A stretch of DNA of 64,000 bases from the human T2T-CHM13v2.0 reference genome, Homo sapiens: the NCBI RefSeq assembly GCF_009914755.1, contig NC_060929.1; one strand, written 5' to 3'. Shown here one piece after another: positions 14,980 through 26,324 of this stretch. The first letter of the stretch is position 1. Each line of letters starts with the position of its first letter. The notes under the pieces were generated by a model. The model did no database searches. It was not told the DNA's origin and was given only the letters and a program-made list of their open reading frames with translations. Both the position numbers and the translations under genes were made by a program.

Positions 14980-17171
14980 ATGTGTGTAAAAGTTTTTGTG
15001 TGAACATATTTTCATTTGTAAGAGATATATACTTAGCAGTGAAATTTCTGGGTCATGTGTAGCCATGTCTAACATTTAAAGGAACTGCTAGGTAGCTTTT
15101 TATAGTGGCCGCATCATCTTCTATTAAAACCTCGGTGTATGAGATTTCCAATTTCTGTGCATTTTGCCAACATTTGCCTTTACCTGTATTTTTAGTTATA
15201 GCCATCCTAGTGGGTATAAACTGGTATCTTATCCTGATTTTAATTTCTATTTTTCAGATGGCTAATGATATTGAGCATTTTATATCACTTTTTTTTTTTG
15301 CTGCTTATGTTTTGGTATCATATCTAAGAATCATTTCTCAAACCCAAGGTCATGAAGATTCTTCCCCTAAGAGTTTATCCTCTTAAGAAGTTTATAGTTT
15401 TAAGTCCCACATTTAGGACTTTGATCCATTTTGAGTAAATTTTTCTGTATGGATATCCGATTGTCTTAGTAGAATTCACTGGGGGCATTTATACTGTCCA
15501 CAATTAATTATCTGATATCTTTGTCAAAAATCAATTGGTTATAAATATGAATGTTTATTTCTATTCAATTGATCTATACACCTATTCTTGTGGTGGTACC
15601 AAATATTTAATTATTGGAGATTTATAATAAGTCTTGAAATTGGGAAGTGTGAGTCCTTCAATTTTGCTGTTTTTCAAGATTATTTTGGATATTTTTGTGT
15701 CCTCGAATTTTCATATAAATATAAGGATCAGTTTGTTAATTTCTCAAAAAAAAATGAGCTAGGATTTTGGTAGAAATTACATTAAATCTGAAGATCAACT
15801 TGGTAATATTGGCATTTTAGCAAATAAAGTCTTCTATAAAGATGAAATGTTTTTCTGTATATTTACATTTTAAATTTCTTTCAATAATGTTTTACAAAAT
15901 TTTAGAATAAGATTTGTACTTCTTTTGTTAAAATGTGATTCATATTTTATTTTATGCTACTAAAAAGGAAACTGCCTTCTAATCTTCATTTTCGGATTGT
16001 TCATTACAAGTTTAGAGAAATGCAATTGATTTTTGTGTATTGATCTTAAATCATGCAACCTTGATGAACTCACTTACTAAGTTCTAATAGTTTTACAGTG
16101 AAACTCTTAAGATTTTCTGTATACAAAATCCTGTCATCTGCAAATAGACCTCTTTTCTACTCTGAATGCGTATTGTTTCATTTTATGCTTAATTGTCCAA
16201 TTTAGAATCTCCAATACAATATTAGATAGAAGTCATGAGAGCAGGCATCTTGTTTCTGACTTTAAAGGAAAAGCATTCAGTCTTTCACCATTAGTATGAT
16301 GTTAGTTGTAGGTTTTACAAAGATACCCTTGCTTAGGTTATAGGTGTTGTGGGACGCAGGTTAAACGTATTTTTTGTGTGTGAAATTGTTTGCTTCTATA
16401 TTTATAAGAGATAATGTTTTGCTGATTTCTTTGTATGACTTTGTCTTTTCTGGTATTAATTTAATATTGGCATAACTAAATGATATCAGAGGTGTTCTTT
16501 TCTCTTCCATTTTTGGAATGGTATATGACAAACTCGTTTAAATCCACTTAAAAAGTTTGAAAATTCACCAGGTAAGTCATATACACTTGGGCTTTTTATT
16601 GTGGAAATTTTATTTTTATTAAAAATTCAATCACTTCACATCTTAAAGGTGTATTCAGATGGTCTATGTCTTCTTGAGTCCATTTCAGTAGTTTTTGTCT
16701 TTCTAGGTTTTGTATATTCATGTTAGTTATCTTATATTTTGGTCTACGTTTATTCAAGATATTCCTTTCTATTTCTTTTATTTCTACTAGGTCAGTAGAA
16801 ATGGCCCCTATTTTAATCCTTCTTTTATAATTTGATTCTCTTCTTTATTTTATTTCCTTAATGCAGCTAAAGATGCATCAATTTCATTGATCCTTATTTT
16901 AATTTTATTATTGATATATTTAATTCTGCCATTTTACATTGATTGCTCTTGGGCTTACAATATACATCTTTACTTCTGAGAAATTATTTCAGATTTATAC
17001 TCAGTTCCAGTGCAATAAAGAAATTATCTCTATTCCAATTTCCCTTTACACACAAACACATTACATTTGCAAAAATAAATTGGCATAACTATTGCTTTCT
17101 ATAATTTCATGTCTATTAAAGAAGATGAGAGAAAAAAGGAGAGTGAGTATATTTTTATATAGTTTGCTATA

Positions 17172-17505
17172 TAGTTGTCCCTTGGTAGCATTGGGGAATT
17201 GGCTCCAGGACCTCTTGCAGATACCAAAATCTATGGATGCTTAAGTATCTGATGTAAAAGGATGTGGTATTTGCATATAACTTATGCACATCCTTCCCTA
17301 TACTTTAAATCATCTCTGAATTACTCATAATATCTAACATAATGTAAATGTTATGTAAATAGTTGTTATACGGTATTACTTAGGGAATAATCATGAGAAA
17401 AAAGTCCGTATATGTTTAGTACAGATACAATTTAAAAAAAAATAATTTTGATTCATGGTTGGTTAAATCCACAGATGCAAATCCGTGGATATGGAGGGAC
17501 AACTG
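17172..17505. mobile_element. MER2 (Tigger2-derived) MITE
   Basis: TIRs agttgtccct...agggacaactg with flanking TA. Internal gataccaaaatctatggatgct and tactttaaatcatctct motifs. Confidence 0.9.
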
Positions 17506-18682
17506 TATTACATTTCTTCTTTTTATTTCTGGTTCCTTTCCTTTTTTCCTTTGGACTCAAATTACCATCTGATGTCAATATTCTTCCTCTAATACAGCTT
17601 TAATCTCACCCACATTTTAGTTTTATAATCAAATATGTTGTTATTCTATATGTTAAAGACCCAACAATACATAAACATTTATAAAACTGTTTTAAAATTC
17701 ATTAAAAGAAAAGGGGAGGAAAAATGTACTGAGTATATTGTCTACCAGTCTGTTAGCAATGAATTATCTCTAATATTTTGTGGATTTTGTTTTTTGTTTT
17801 TTTAATCTGGGAATATATTTGACATCATATTTAAAAGACAATTTTCTGTGTATTGTATTCTTGTTTGAGAGGTTTTCTTTATTTTTTCTTTTAGCACTTT
17901 GTGTATACCACCTCATTGTTTTTAAGCCTTCATTGTTTAGGTGGGGATGTTAGCAGTTAATCTTATTGGATTCCTTTGTAAATGCCTAGTTATTTTTCTT
18001 CTGTTGCTTTTAAAATTTTCTTTTTGTTTTTGTCTTTAATTTTCACTATAATATATTTAGGTGTGAGTCTCTGTATTTATCCTACTAGGAGTTTTCTCAG
18101 CTTCACATATGTGAAATTAATATTTTTATGAAATTGTGAGATATTCAGCCATTATTTCTTAGACTATTTTTCTGCTCCTTCTCTCTCCTCTCTAGTACTC
18201 ACATTATTTATATTTTATGTAATTAATGCTGTCCCTCATTTCTCTGAGTCTATGTTCATTTCCTTCATTCTTTTTTTGATTTTCTTCAAATTGCATAATC
18301 TCTATCAAGCTGTCTTTGAGATTATTGATTCTTCTTCCTGTCCACATATTCTGGTGATTCCCTGTGGCAATTTTTTTGTTTTCATTTTGGTTATTGTATG
18401 TTTTATTTCTAAAATTTCAATTTGGTTTATTTTCATAATTTCTATTTATTTGTTGATATTCTCTGATGAACATTTCCATCAAAGCTTCTTTACTTCTCTA
18501 TGCAGCATTTATTTAGTTTTTTTGAAAATTTTTATAATAAATTCTTTGAAATTTTTGTCTGTTAAATCAGCATCTAGGCCTTCTCACAGGTAATTTCTGT
18601 TGTCTGCATTTATTCTTATATATAGATTACATTTTCCTATTACATTGTATATCTTATAAATTTTTGTGAAAACTATACTTTT

Positions 18683-19287
18683 TAGGTATATATACGTATA
18701 CATACATGTATACATACATGTATACATACATGTATACATACATGTATACACACATGTATACATACATGTATACACACATGTATACATACATGTATACACA
18801 CATGTATACATACGTATACACACATGTATACATACATGCATATATAGGTATATATACATACATACATGCATATATAGGTATATATACATACATACATGCA
18901 TATATAGGTATATATACATACATACATGCATATATAGGTATATATACATACATACATGCATATATAGGTATATATACATACATACATGCATATATATAGG
19001 TATATATACATACATACATGCATATATATAGGTATATATACATACATACATGTATATATATAGGTATATATACATACATACATGTATATATATAGGTATA
19101 TATACATACATACATGTATATATATAGGTATATATACATACATGTGTACATATAGGTATATATACATACGTGTATATATAGGTATATATACATATGTGTA
19201 TATATGTATAGGTATATATACATACGTGTATATATGTATAGGTATATATACATACATGTGTATATACATATGTGTGTGTGTATATAT

Positions 19288-19324
<37 letters not shown>

Positions 19325-19332
19325 GATATATA
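18683..19332. repeat. Compound TA-rich minisatellite: 12-bp unit (catgtatacata/catgtatacaca), then 30-32-bp unit (tatataggtatatatacatacatacatgca), then (GT)n(TA)n
   Basis: Directly visible. Five exact 30-bp copies at 18841-18990. Confidence 0.97.
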
Positions 19333-19334
19333 AT

Positions 19335-19660
19335 TTTTGTTTTGTGTTTGTTTCTTTTTTTTTTTTTTTGAGACAGTCTCCCTCTATCCCCCAGGCTGGA
19401 GTGCAATGGTGCAATCTCAGCTCACTGCAACCTCCGCCTCCTGGGTTCAAGCATTTTTAAGCAATTCTCCTGCCTCAGCCTCCCAAGTAGCTGGGATTAT
19501 AGGTGCCCACCACCACGCCTGGCTAATTTTTTGTATTTTTAATAGAGATGGGATTTCACCATGTTGGCCAGGCTGGTCTCAAACTCTTGACCTCAGGTGA
19601 TACATCCACCTTGTCCTCCCAAAGTGCTGAGATTACAAGTGTGAGCCACCGTGCCTGGCC
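19335..19660 (-). mobile_element. AluSx/Sz-like
   Basis: Poly-T plus full dimer (ttggccaggctggtctcaaactcttgacctcaggtgat). Small internal duplication ttcaagcatttttaagcaatt. Confidence 0.93.
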
Positions 19661-19725
19661 TAGGTAATATACTAGGTCTAGATACTGATTTCCTTAACTT
19701 CCTCCAAGGCTTGTTTATTGTTGGG

Positions 19726-19726
<1 letters not shown>

Positions 19727-19803
<77 letters not shown>
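19727..19803. repeat. Compound microsatellite (TG)11(AG)7(AC)20
   Basis: Directly visible. Confidence 0.97.
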
Positions 19804-19807
<4 letters not shown>

Positions 19808-20713
19808 AACAGAGAGAAAGAAACTTGGCTATTTCAGTCATGTCCACATTTCCTGCATGTTAAGCCTCTGGTGCTCTTTCTCAGGAGGTTCTGCCATGGA
19901 TATGTGCGTAGTCACCCTGAGATGAGATGGTTTTTGTAGAGCTTTCTTTGTGTCTTTCTCTGATTTCTCTTCAGATTATCTGCCTTATTTGGTATTATTC
20001 TCAGTCCAGTCTCAGCTAATTTGTGACTGATTGCTCTCTTAATTTCCAAAGTGGCCTCGGACACAAATTACATCTTAGTCTGATCCAATGACATTTAGAT
20101 CCCTTTGCAGAGATAGGTTTAGAAGCCAGTCTTTGAGGTCTATTCTGACCCCTGGAGTGGTCTATTTAGCTATCTTTTTTTTTTCTTGAACTCTAATAAA
20201 CTGGTTGGCTTATGATTTAGTTGCTCCTTCTCAATGATCCACCAGCCTCCTCTTAATTACTGTTTCAATCACTCCCTTAGGTTGAAATTTTCTACACTCT
20301 GTTTTAAATAAAGTTTTTAAGGGGCACTTTGGAGCTGTCTATTTTTATGAATTACCACATCCCCTGATTGTAATCTTTATGCTAGTGCTCCAGAGTTGCA
20401 GGGGGTGGACAGCAGGCTGTTATGATGAATGGGGTGCTGGGTAGGAAGGTAGCCTCTCACTTTCTCAGCTTGCCTTTGCTTATGTGGAACTTCTGCCCTA
20501 TATGCAAGCTGGGCAGGAGCAATCAGGTCCCCAATATTTTTAGACTGTTGATCCTTGGGTAGGCTCCTTGTCCTATGAGTGGTAGCTGAGTGGGGGAAGT
20601 GAAATTCTGATATCGTAGCCACACTAGCTCTTGTATAGCCTTTGCAACTTGAAATTGAGGACAGAGGGTGTGGTATGAAAAATGCCTGCAGCCTGCACCT
20701 CCCAATGAGATAC

Positions 20714-21137
20714 TGTTAAAATTGCCAGTACCAAAATGGAGTCACTTAACTTAAACCCTAACAAAATGTAGCTGAGAGCCAATGAAGGAAACGCCCTCAT
20801 ACATACATGTGTGTCACAGAAGCTGCCAAGGAGAACTTTTCTAACTGGAATTTTTAGTTAAACCACTTCTATGAAGACCCTCTTCAAGTAACAATCAGTA
20901 CCATCAATGAACAGATTTTACCTCCTGCAATAAGCTCTTGTAACAAATGATCTTTCTTTCAAAACAGCTTGCATGGATTCCTCCTTTTTGTCTTTAAAAG
21001 CTTCCTCTTGCCACAACACTCTGGGATGTACCTAGGGGCTGCCATAATATGTGAATCCTAGATTGCAATCCTATGCTATTCCCGAATAAACTTTGTTTTT
21101 GAGAGTTGGCCTCTCTGCCACTCAGTTTAGGCTGATA
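20714..21137 (+). mobile_element. ERV1 solo LTR (MER72/MER89-like)
   Basis: Starts tg...caaaatggagtcactt...aaaccctaacaaaatg. TATA-like tttaaaagc, polyA signal cccgaataaac, ends ggctgata. Near-TSD atac/atat. Confidence 0.6.
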
Positions 21138-21299
21138 ATATTGTATTCTTTGAGTGGAATCTGAGGGAAAAGGAGTTGCAGGTTTTGTCCACACATGTCT
21201 AGAGTGGAGTTTTGATATGCTGAGCTGGGGGATGCGGTGAGGGAGGGAGCTAGCCTTTGGCCAAGTGCCACAGACCCTCATTGTTTTATCAAGATTCAG

Positions 21300-21594
21300 G
21301 GCCGGGTGCTGTGGCTCACACCTGTAATCCCAGCACTTTGGGAGGCTGAGGCGGGCGGATCACAAGGTCAGGAGATCGAGACCATCCTGGCTAACACGGT
21401 GAAACCCCGTCTCTACTAAAAATACAAAAAAATTAGCGGGGCGTGGTGGCGGGCGCCTGCAATCCCAGCTACTCAGGAGGCTGAGGCAGGAGAATGGCAT
21501 GAACCCGGGAGGCGGAGCTTGCAGTGAGCCGAGATAGCGCCACTGCAGTCCGGCCTGGGAGAAAAGAGCGAGACTCCGTCTCAAAAAAAAAAAA
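21300..21594 (+). mobile_element. AluY (AluYe-like diagnostics)
   Basis: gagatcgagaccatcctggctaacacgg, gagcttgcagtgagccgagatagcgccactgcagtccggcctggg. TSD aagattcag (21291-21299, 21595-21603). Confidence 0.93.
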
Positions 21595-22195
21595 AAGATT
21601 CAGGTTGCTTTCATATTTTATTTTATTTTTCATTTTCTGTGTGCCCTTAGGACAATGCAGGGACATTTTAAGTGGTAATTTGTTTGACTTAAAATTTTTC
21701 ATCCGTACAGTTTTGCTAGAATGGAAAAATTTCCACGTTACATTCTGGAAGTTGGGAACAATTTGAATGGAGCTGATATATCACATAATAGGAATAGTGA
21801 ATATTTTTAAGTTCAACAGGTATTTCTAGAAAGCCCATTATATGCTGGAGGTAGTCCTTAACCTCATTAACCTAAGAGACAGGCTTTCATATATCCCATT
21901 TCTATCAAGAATATTGCTATGAAGATTGACATTAAATAATACATCGACAATAAGTATATAGCATTAATAATAAGAGTAATAAGCAATAAAACAATAATAT
22001 AAAATAGTATTACAGATTACAGTGATAGATAGAGTCTGGATTGGGGGCAAGTGCAAAAATACTCTACATGGAGTGAACTAGGTAGGCTTTACTGTATGTG
22101 GTATTAGCACGGAGATTAGAAGATGAGAAGTGATGCATATGAACAATCCAGGAAGATCATTTGAGATAAAGAAACATGCCAAAATGAAGTTTTAA

Positions 22196-22427
22196 ATAAT
22201 AACAATAGCTAATGATTTCCTATATTGAATCATGTTATAGGCCTTAGTATAAATGCTTTATTTACACATTATCACATGAAACTTTTAAAAATCTAATGAA
22301 ATAAATAATATGATGTCTTTATTTTACAAACAATGACAGTGAGGAGAGAAATGGTGGAGCTGAGATTTAAATATAGGAATTCTGGTCCCAGCAACCACGC
22401 TATTAAGCATTTACAGTGCTACCTCCC
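22196..22427 (-). mobile_element. MIR
   Basis: aataacaatagctaa...attttacaaac...agaaatggtggagctgagatttaaa...gctattaagcatttacagtgctacctccc. Confidence 0.7.
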
Positions 22428-23894
22428 TTGAAATGTATCTATTATAAGATGGCATTTAAGACCTAACTGCCAACCTTGGAGAGAGGAGTTTTATTAAAGT
22501 TTGGGAGTAAAATAAGACTTGTTGAGAAGAAGGCCCTGAGTTTCAATTATTATTTTTAGCTTTTGGCAGAAAGAAGACAAAAAATGATAGTAGGCCATGT
22601 GGTTAATAAGAGAAAGGGAAATTTTCACTTTTTTGCTTTTGTTATTGTTGTTCTTTAAAGGTTAATAATAATCCAAACAAAGAGCTACTAGAGAAAGAGA
22701 AATTAAAGATTCAGGAGTGACTGTAGATAATTGAATAAGGTCCCCATGGTAGAAGGAATTGAGGTAGGAAGCATAGGTAAAGTTTAAGGTTGTTAGAGGC
22801 TATTTTTGTTATAAAAATGAAATTCTTTTCCAAGCTTAGAGGTTGAGAGATTTTTCAATGTAGTAAGAGAATTATATTTAAAGCTAAAAAGGACTTTGCA
22901 ATTAGATGAGATAAAAAAGAAACAAGTACATTTACCTTATAGAAAATAGCAGTGTTGCCAAATACCAATGGATTATACAAACTCAATTAAAATGAATTAT
23001 TATTAATAGTTTTTCATGTTAACTGACAATATGGATACATTTAGATATGATTAAAATAATTATGTTTCTAGAAGCTAGTCTAAAATCTCATTTATCTATT
23101 CAATGCCTTCTATGTCTGTAGTGGAATAAAGATTCACTTTACTTTCCAATTAATAGCAAAGATAAAAGAGATAAACTTTAGAGATAGGGCAGATGTAAGT
23201 AATAAAAAAATCAAACAAATCATAGCCACATGTGGATTAGCTTATGTACCTGAAAAGAAAAATGTGTGCTATGATGAGATTCAATAATAGTTCAATTACA
23301 ATAGATCTTATGAAGGGCCAGTTGAGGGCTTGAAACAAATATATCAAGTTCAAAAATAGTTTCTGAGAGTCAATTGAAGCCACTGACAAGCAATTATATA
23401 TCTACATAGGAATCCAAAATCAAATAAAGTTGGCTTAGTTATCCATATAGCAGCTAATTGACCAGATGTATTCCAAAATAAGACAATCTCATATTTGCAT
23501 CACAGAAGTAAATGAAATTGTTAAACCAATTTCTTCTAAATAAAGAGAGAGAATAAAATGAAATTTGCAAGCATTAAGATAAAATTCAATAGCTGACATG
23601 AAGCATTTGTGAAAATGTGAAGAGCTCATAGAAAACTAAGGAAAATGCATTGCCTTAAATGTCCTTCAAAAAAGCCTTAAAAGTGTCTAATATTAACTAA
23701 GAGTAACATAATAGTAAACAATAATAAAGATTTATAGCAATCTAATATGGAAGTACTAAATGCCTTTTAACTATCACCTTTCTCTAGTGTATTTTTCTGA
23801 TGATTTATTCTGATGATGTTAAAGTTGAACTGAAAGTAAAATTCTTACTTATGTTGTGCAGTGTTTAAAAATGTGATTTTCAAAAACTAATGGG

Positions 23895-24207
23895 GGCCAG
23901 TCACAGTCACTCACTCGTGTAATGTCAGCCCTTTGGGAGGCTGAGGCAGGAGGATTGCTTGGGCCCAGGAGTTTGAGATCAGCCTGAGCCACATAATAAG
24001 ATCCTATCTTTATAAAAACAAAATAAAGTGAGCTGGGCATGATGGCATATGCCTGTAGTCTCAACTACTTAGGAAGCTGAGTCAGGAGGATTGTTTGAGC
24101 CTAAAAATTTGAGGCTATGGAGAGCTATGATGGGGCCACTGCACTGCAGCCTGGGCAACAGACAGAGATTCTGTCTCCAAAATAAAAACAACAACAACAA
24201 AAACAAA
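23895..24207 (+). mobile_element. AluJ
   Basis: Diverged dimer with ggaggattgcttgggcccaggagtttgag and gaggctat...gagctatgat (J diagnostics). (caa)n tail. Confidence 0.9.
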
Positions 24208-25109
24208 TGGGTATGCCATGTATCCCTGTTTTATTTGTTATATGATCCAAAGAAAAACTATCACTATATTAAATTTTATTGTTTTCTTGTCCTTTCCAGA
24301 AAAAGATGAAAATTTAAAACACTTTGCAACAATAGTCTTTCTATAAGCAAACATCCACAACAAAAAGTGAAGTCTCCATGGGCTGGGTATTTGGGAGAGA
24401 GCTGTCAGAGTGTTATGTAGAATATGAAGGAGGAACCAAGTTTCATTGCTTTCTAATCCAAAAGGCAAACTATCAGCTAGATGTCTGGCTGTTTTCAAGT
24501 AAAATATTCTAAAGTTGTTTATAAAATACGCTTTCAGACTTTTCAAGACAGCGCATTTCTTATCAATAACTTTTTGGGGAGCGGGGAGATGGCAGGTGAA
24601 AATGAAAATGAAGGCTATATAAGGAATATGAAACAACACAAGGAAAATAGTAGATATAAAAAGTTCTAAGTATCTGTTGATAAATGATTGTATGATAGCT
24701 TCCCCATTAGTGAACAAGATTAAGAGGTACTAGCCACTTAAATTTAACCTAAAATCAGATCTGTTTAAAAGAAAGATGGTTAGACCATACTTACACAGGT
24801 ATAAGGTTAGAGGAGTAAATTATTTGACAGCTAAAACCATTCCTGCACACTTCTACAAAATATCCCAGATTTCTCAAGTATTCATCACCTCATGGGTAGA
24901 TGAGAATTGTGCATTCTTCTGCAGCACTGTGATAGGATTCACACAATTGGACCTGGATTCCAGCTGTAAGCCAGGAAGGTCAAATTTAATTTCAAGAATT
25001 CAGAATAAAACCAATGTCCAGCCTGTGTTTAATAAATGAAGTTTATTGCTTTCCTTTATGCATTTTAGTATTATTTTAGCAATTAAGAAGCTACTTTCAG
25101 GCAATTTCC

Positions 25110-25333
25110 CTTTCCTGTAAGATCTGGAACAAGACAAAGATGTGCACTTTTAGCACTTTCATTTAACATAGTACTGGAAGTCCAAGCCAGAGCAATTAGG
25201 CAAGAGAAAGAAATAAAGTGCATTCAAATTGGAAAGGAAGAAGTCAAATTGCCCTTGCTCACAGATGACAAGATCCTATATTTAGAAAAACCTAATGACT
25301 CCACCAAAAAGCTGTTAATACTGATAAACAAAT
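25110..25333 (+). mobile_element. Isolated L1 ORF2 (RT region) fragment
   Basis: aagatctggaacaagacaaagatg...tagtactggaagtcc...agagcaattaggcaagagaaagaaataaa...gatgacaagatc...ctgataaacaaat. Confidence 0.88.
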
Positions 25334-26154
25334 GTGTATAATTTTTGCATAGCATAAAACAATCTGTGAAAATATATAGTTAAAAGAATGTACGTTGTGA
25401 CATTGTTTTTTCTTAAAAAAGGAAATATATTTTCATCAGTTATGTGTTGGTGTATTATGATCTCAATATAATGAAAAACTATTTAGTAATTGAAATAAAA
25501 TTATACATAAATATTAGTTGATATGGAAACATTTCCATACATTATTGAATACAACTAGTTTTAAAATAACTGTTCATGAAAATATAATATTTTCACTAAC
25601 CTTCTTATCTATTTTACTTCCCTATCCAACATACATAATTTAAAAGTTTTAATGTGTTATTTTATTTTATTGTTCTCATATGTAATGGAGAGAGTTGCTC
25701 TTGTTGCACATACGTTGTTAACGTACATAATTCTTATTGTTCCCTCACCCCACTGATTGAATAAGCAATATGTCCTTTGCAATATAAATTTGTTTCTCTA
25801 TATAAATATGAACTTTACTTTTCCCCAAATATTGGTTAGTTACTCTATTTGATAAATTTATCTTGAAACAAATGTGCTGTTCTTGTGAGTGAATCCCCAG
25901 CCAATCCTCAATGAGCATGTAGCATGATTAAACCTCAGTTGCATAAACTTCTGGCTTTGATTTTTTTTATCCCCAATTGTAATGTAATCAATAGACTAAT
26001 ATATGTAATTTGAAATCAAAGTATACTAACACTATAAAATGAGCTGAGTGGCTTACACCGTTTTTATTTTCTCAAAGAATGTTGCAAGGCATAAATCATT
26101 ACTTAAATTTTTGGTCTGTTTTGCCTGTCCATATATTAAAACTTGTTTTATTTA

Positions 26155-26324
26155 TGATTTTTATTTTTTTCTTTTAGAGAGAGGGTTTTGCTCTGTCACC
26201 CAAGCTGAAGTGCAGTGGCACAATCATACCTCACTGCAGCCTCAATTTCTTGGGCTTAAGTAATCCTCCCGCCTAAGCCACCACCAAAGTGCTGGGATTA
26301 CAGGTGTGAGCCACTGTGACTACC
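26155..26324 (-). mobile_element. AluJ-derived hybrid monomer
   Basis: Right-arm sequence (gtgcagtggcacaatcatacctcactgcagcctc) joined directly to left-arm sequence (caaagtgctgggattacaggtgtgagccact). Confidence 0.8.

Noticed and set aside
18841-19260. 30-32-bp direct repeats superficially like a CRISPR array
   Set aside because: Head-to-tail tandem units with no unique spacers, no cas genes, and primate DNA.
18584-19450. Longest ORFs in the track (288, 250, 195 aa; Y/I/H/M/C/V-rich)
   Set aside because: Stop-free translations of the TA-rich minisatellite plus Alu, open in several frames on both strands, with no coding signature.
24238-24717. 159-aa - strand ORF in non-repeat DNA
   Set aside because: No recognisable domain, AT-rich I/F/L-biased composition typical of chance ORFs, and no convincing exon boundaries.
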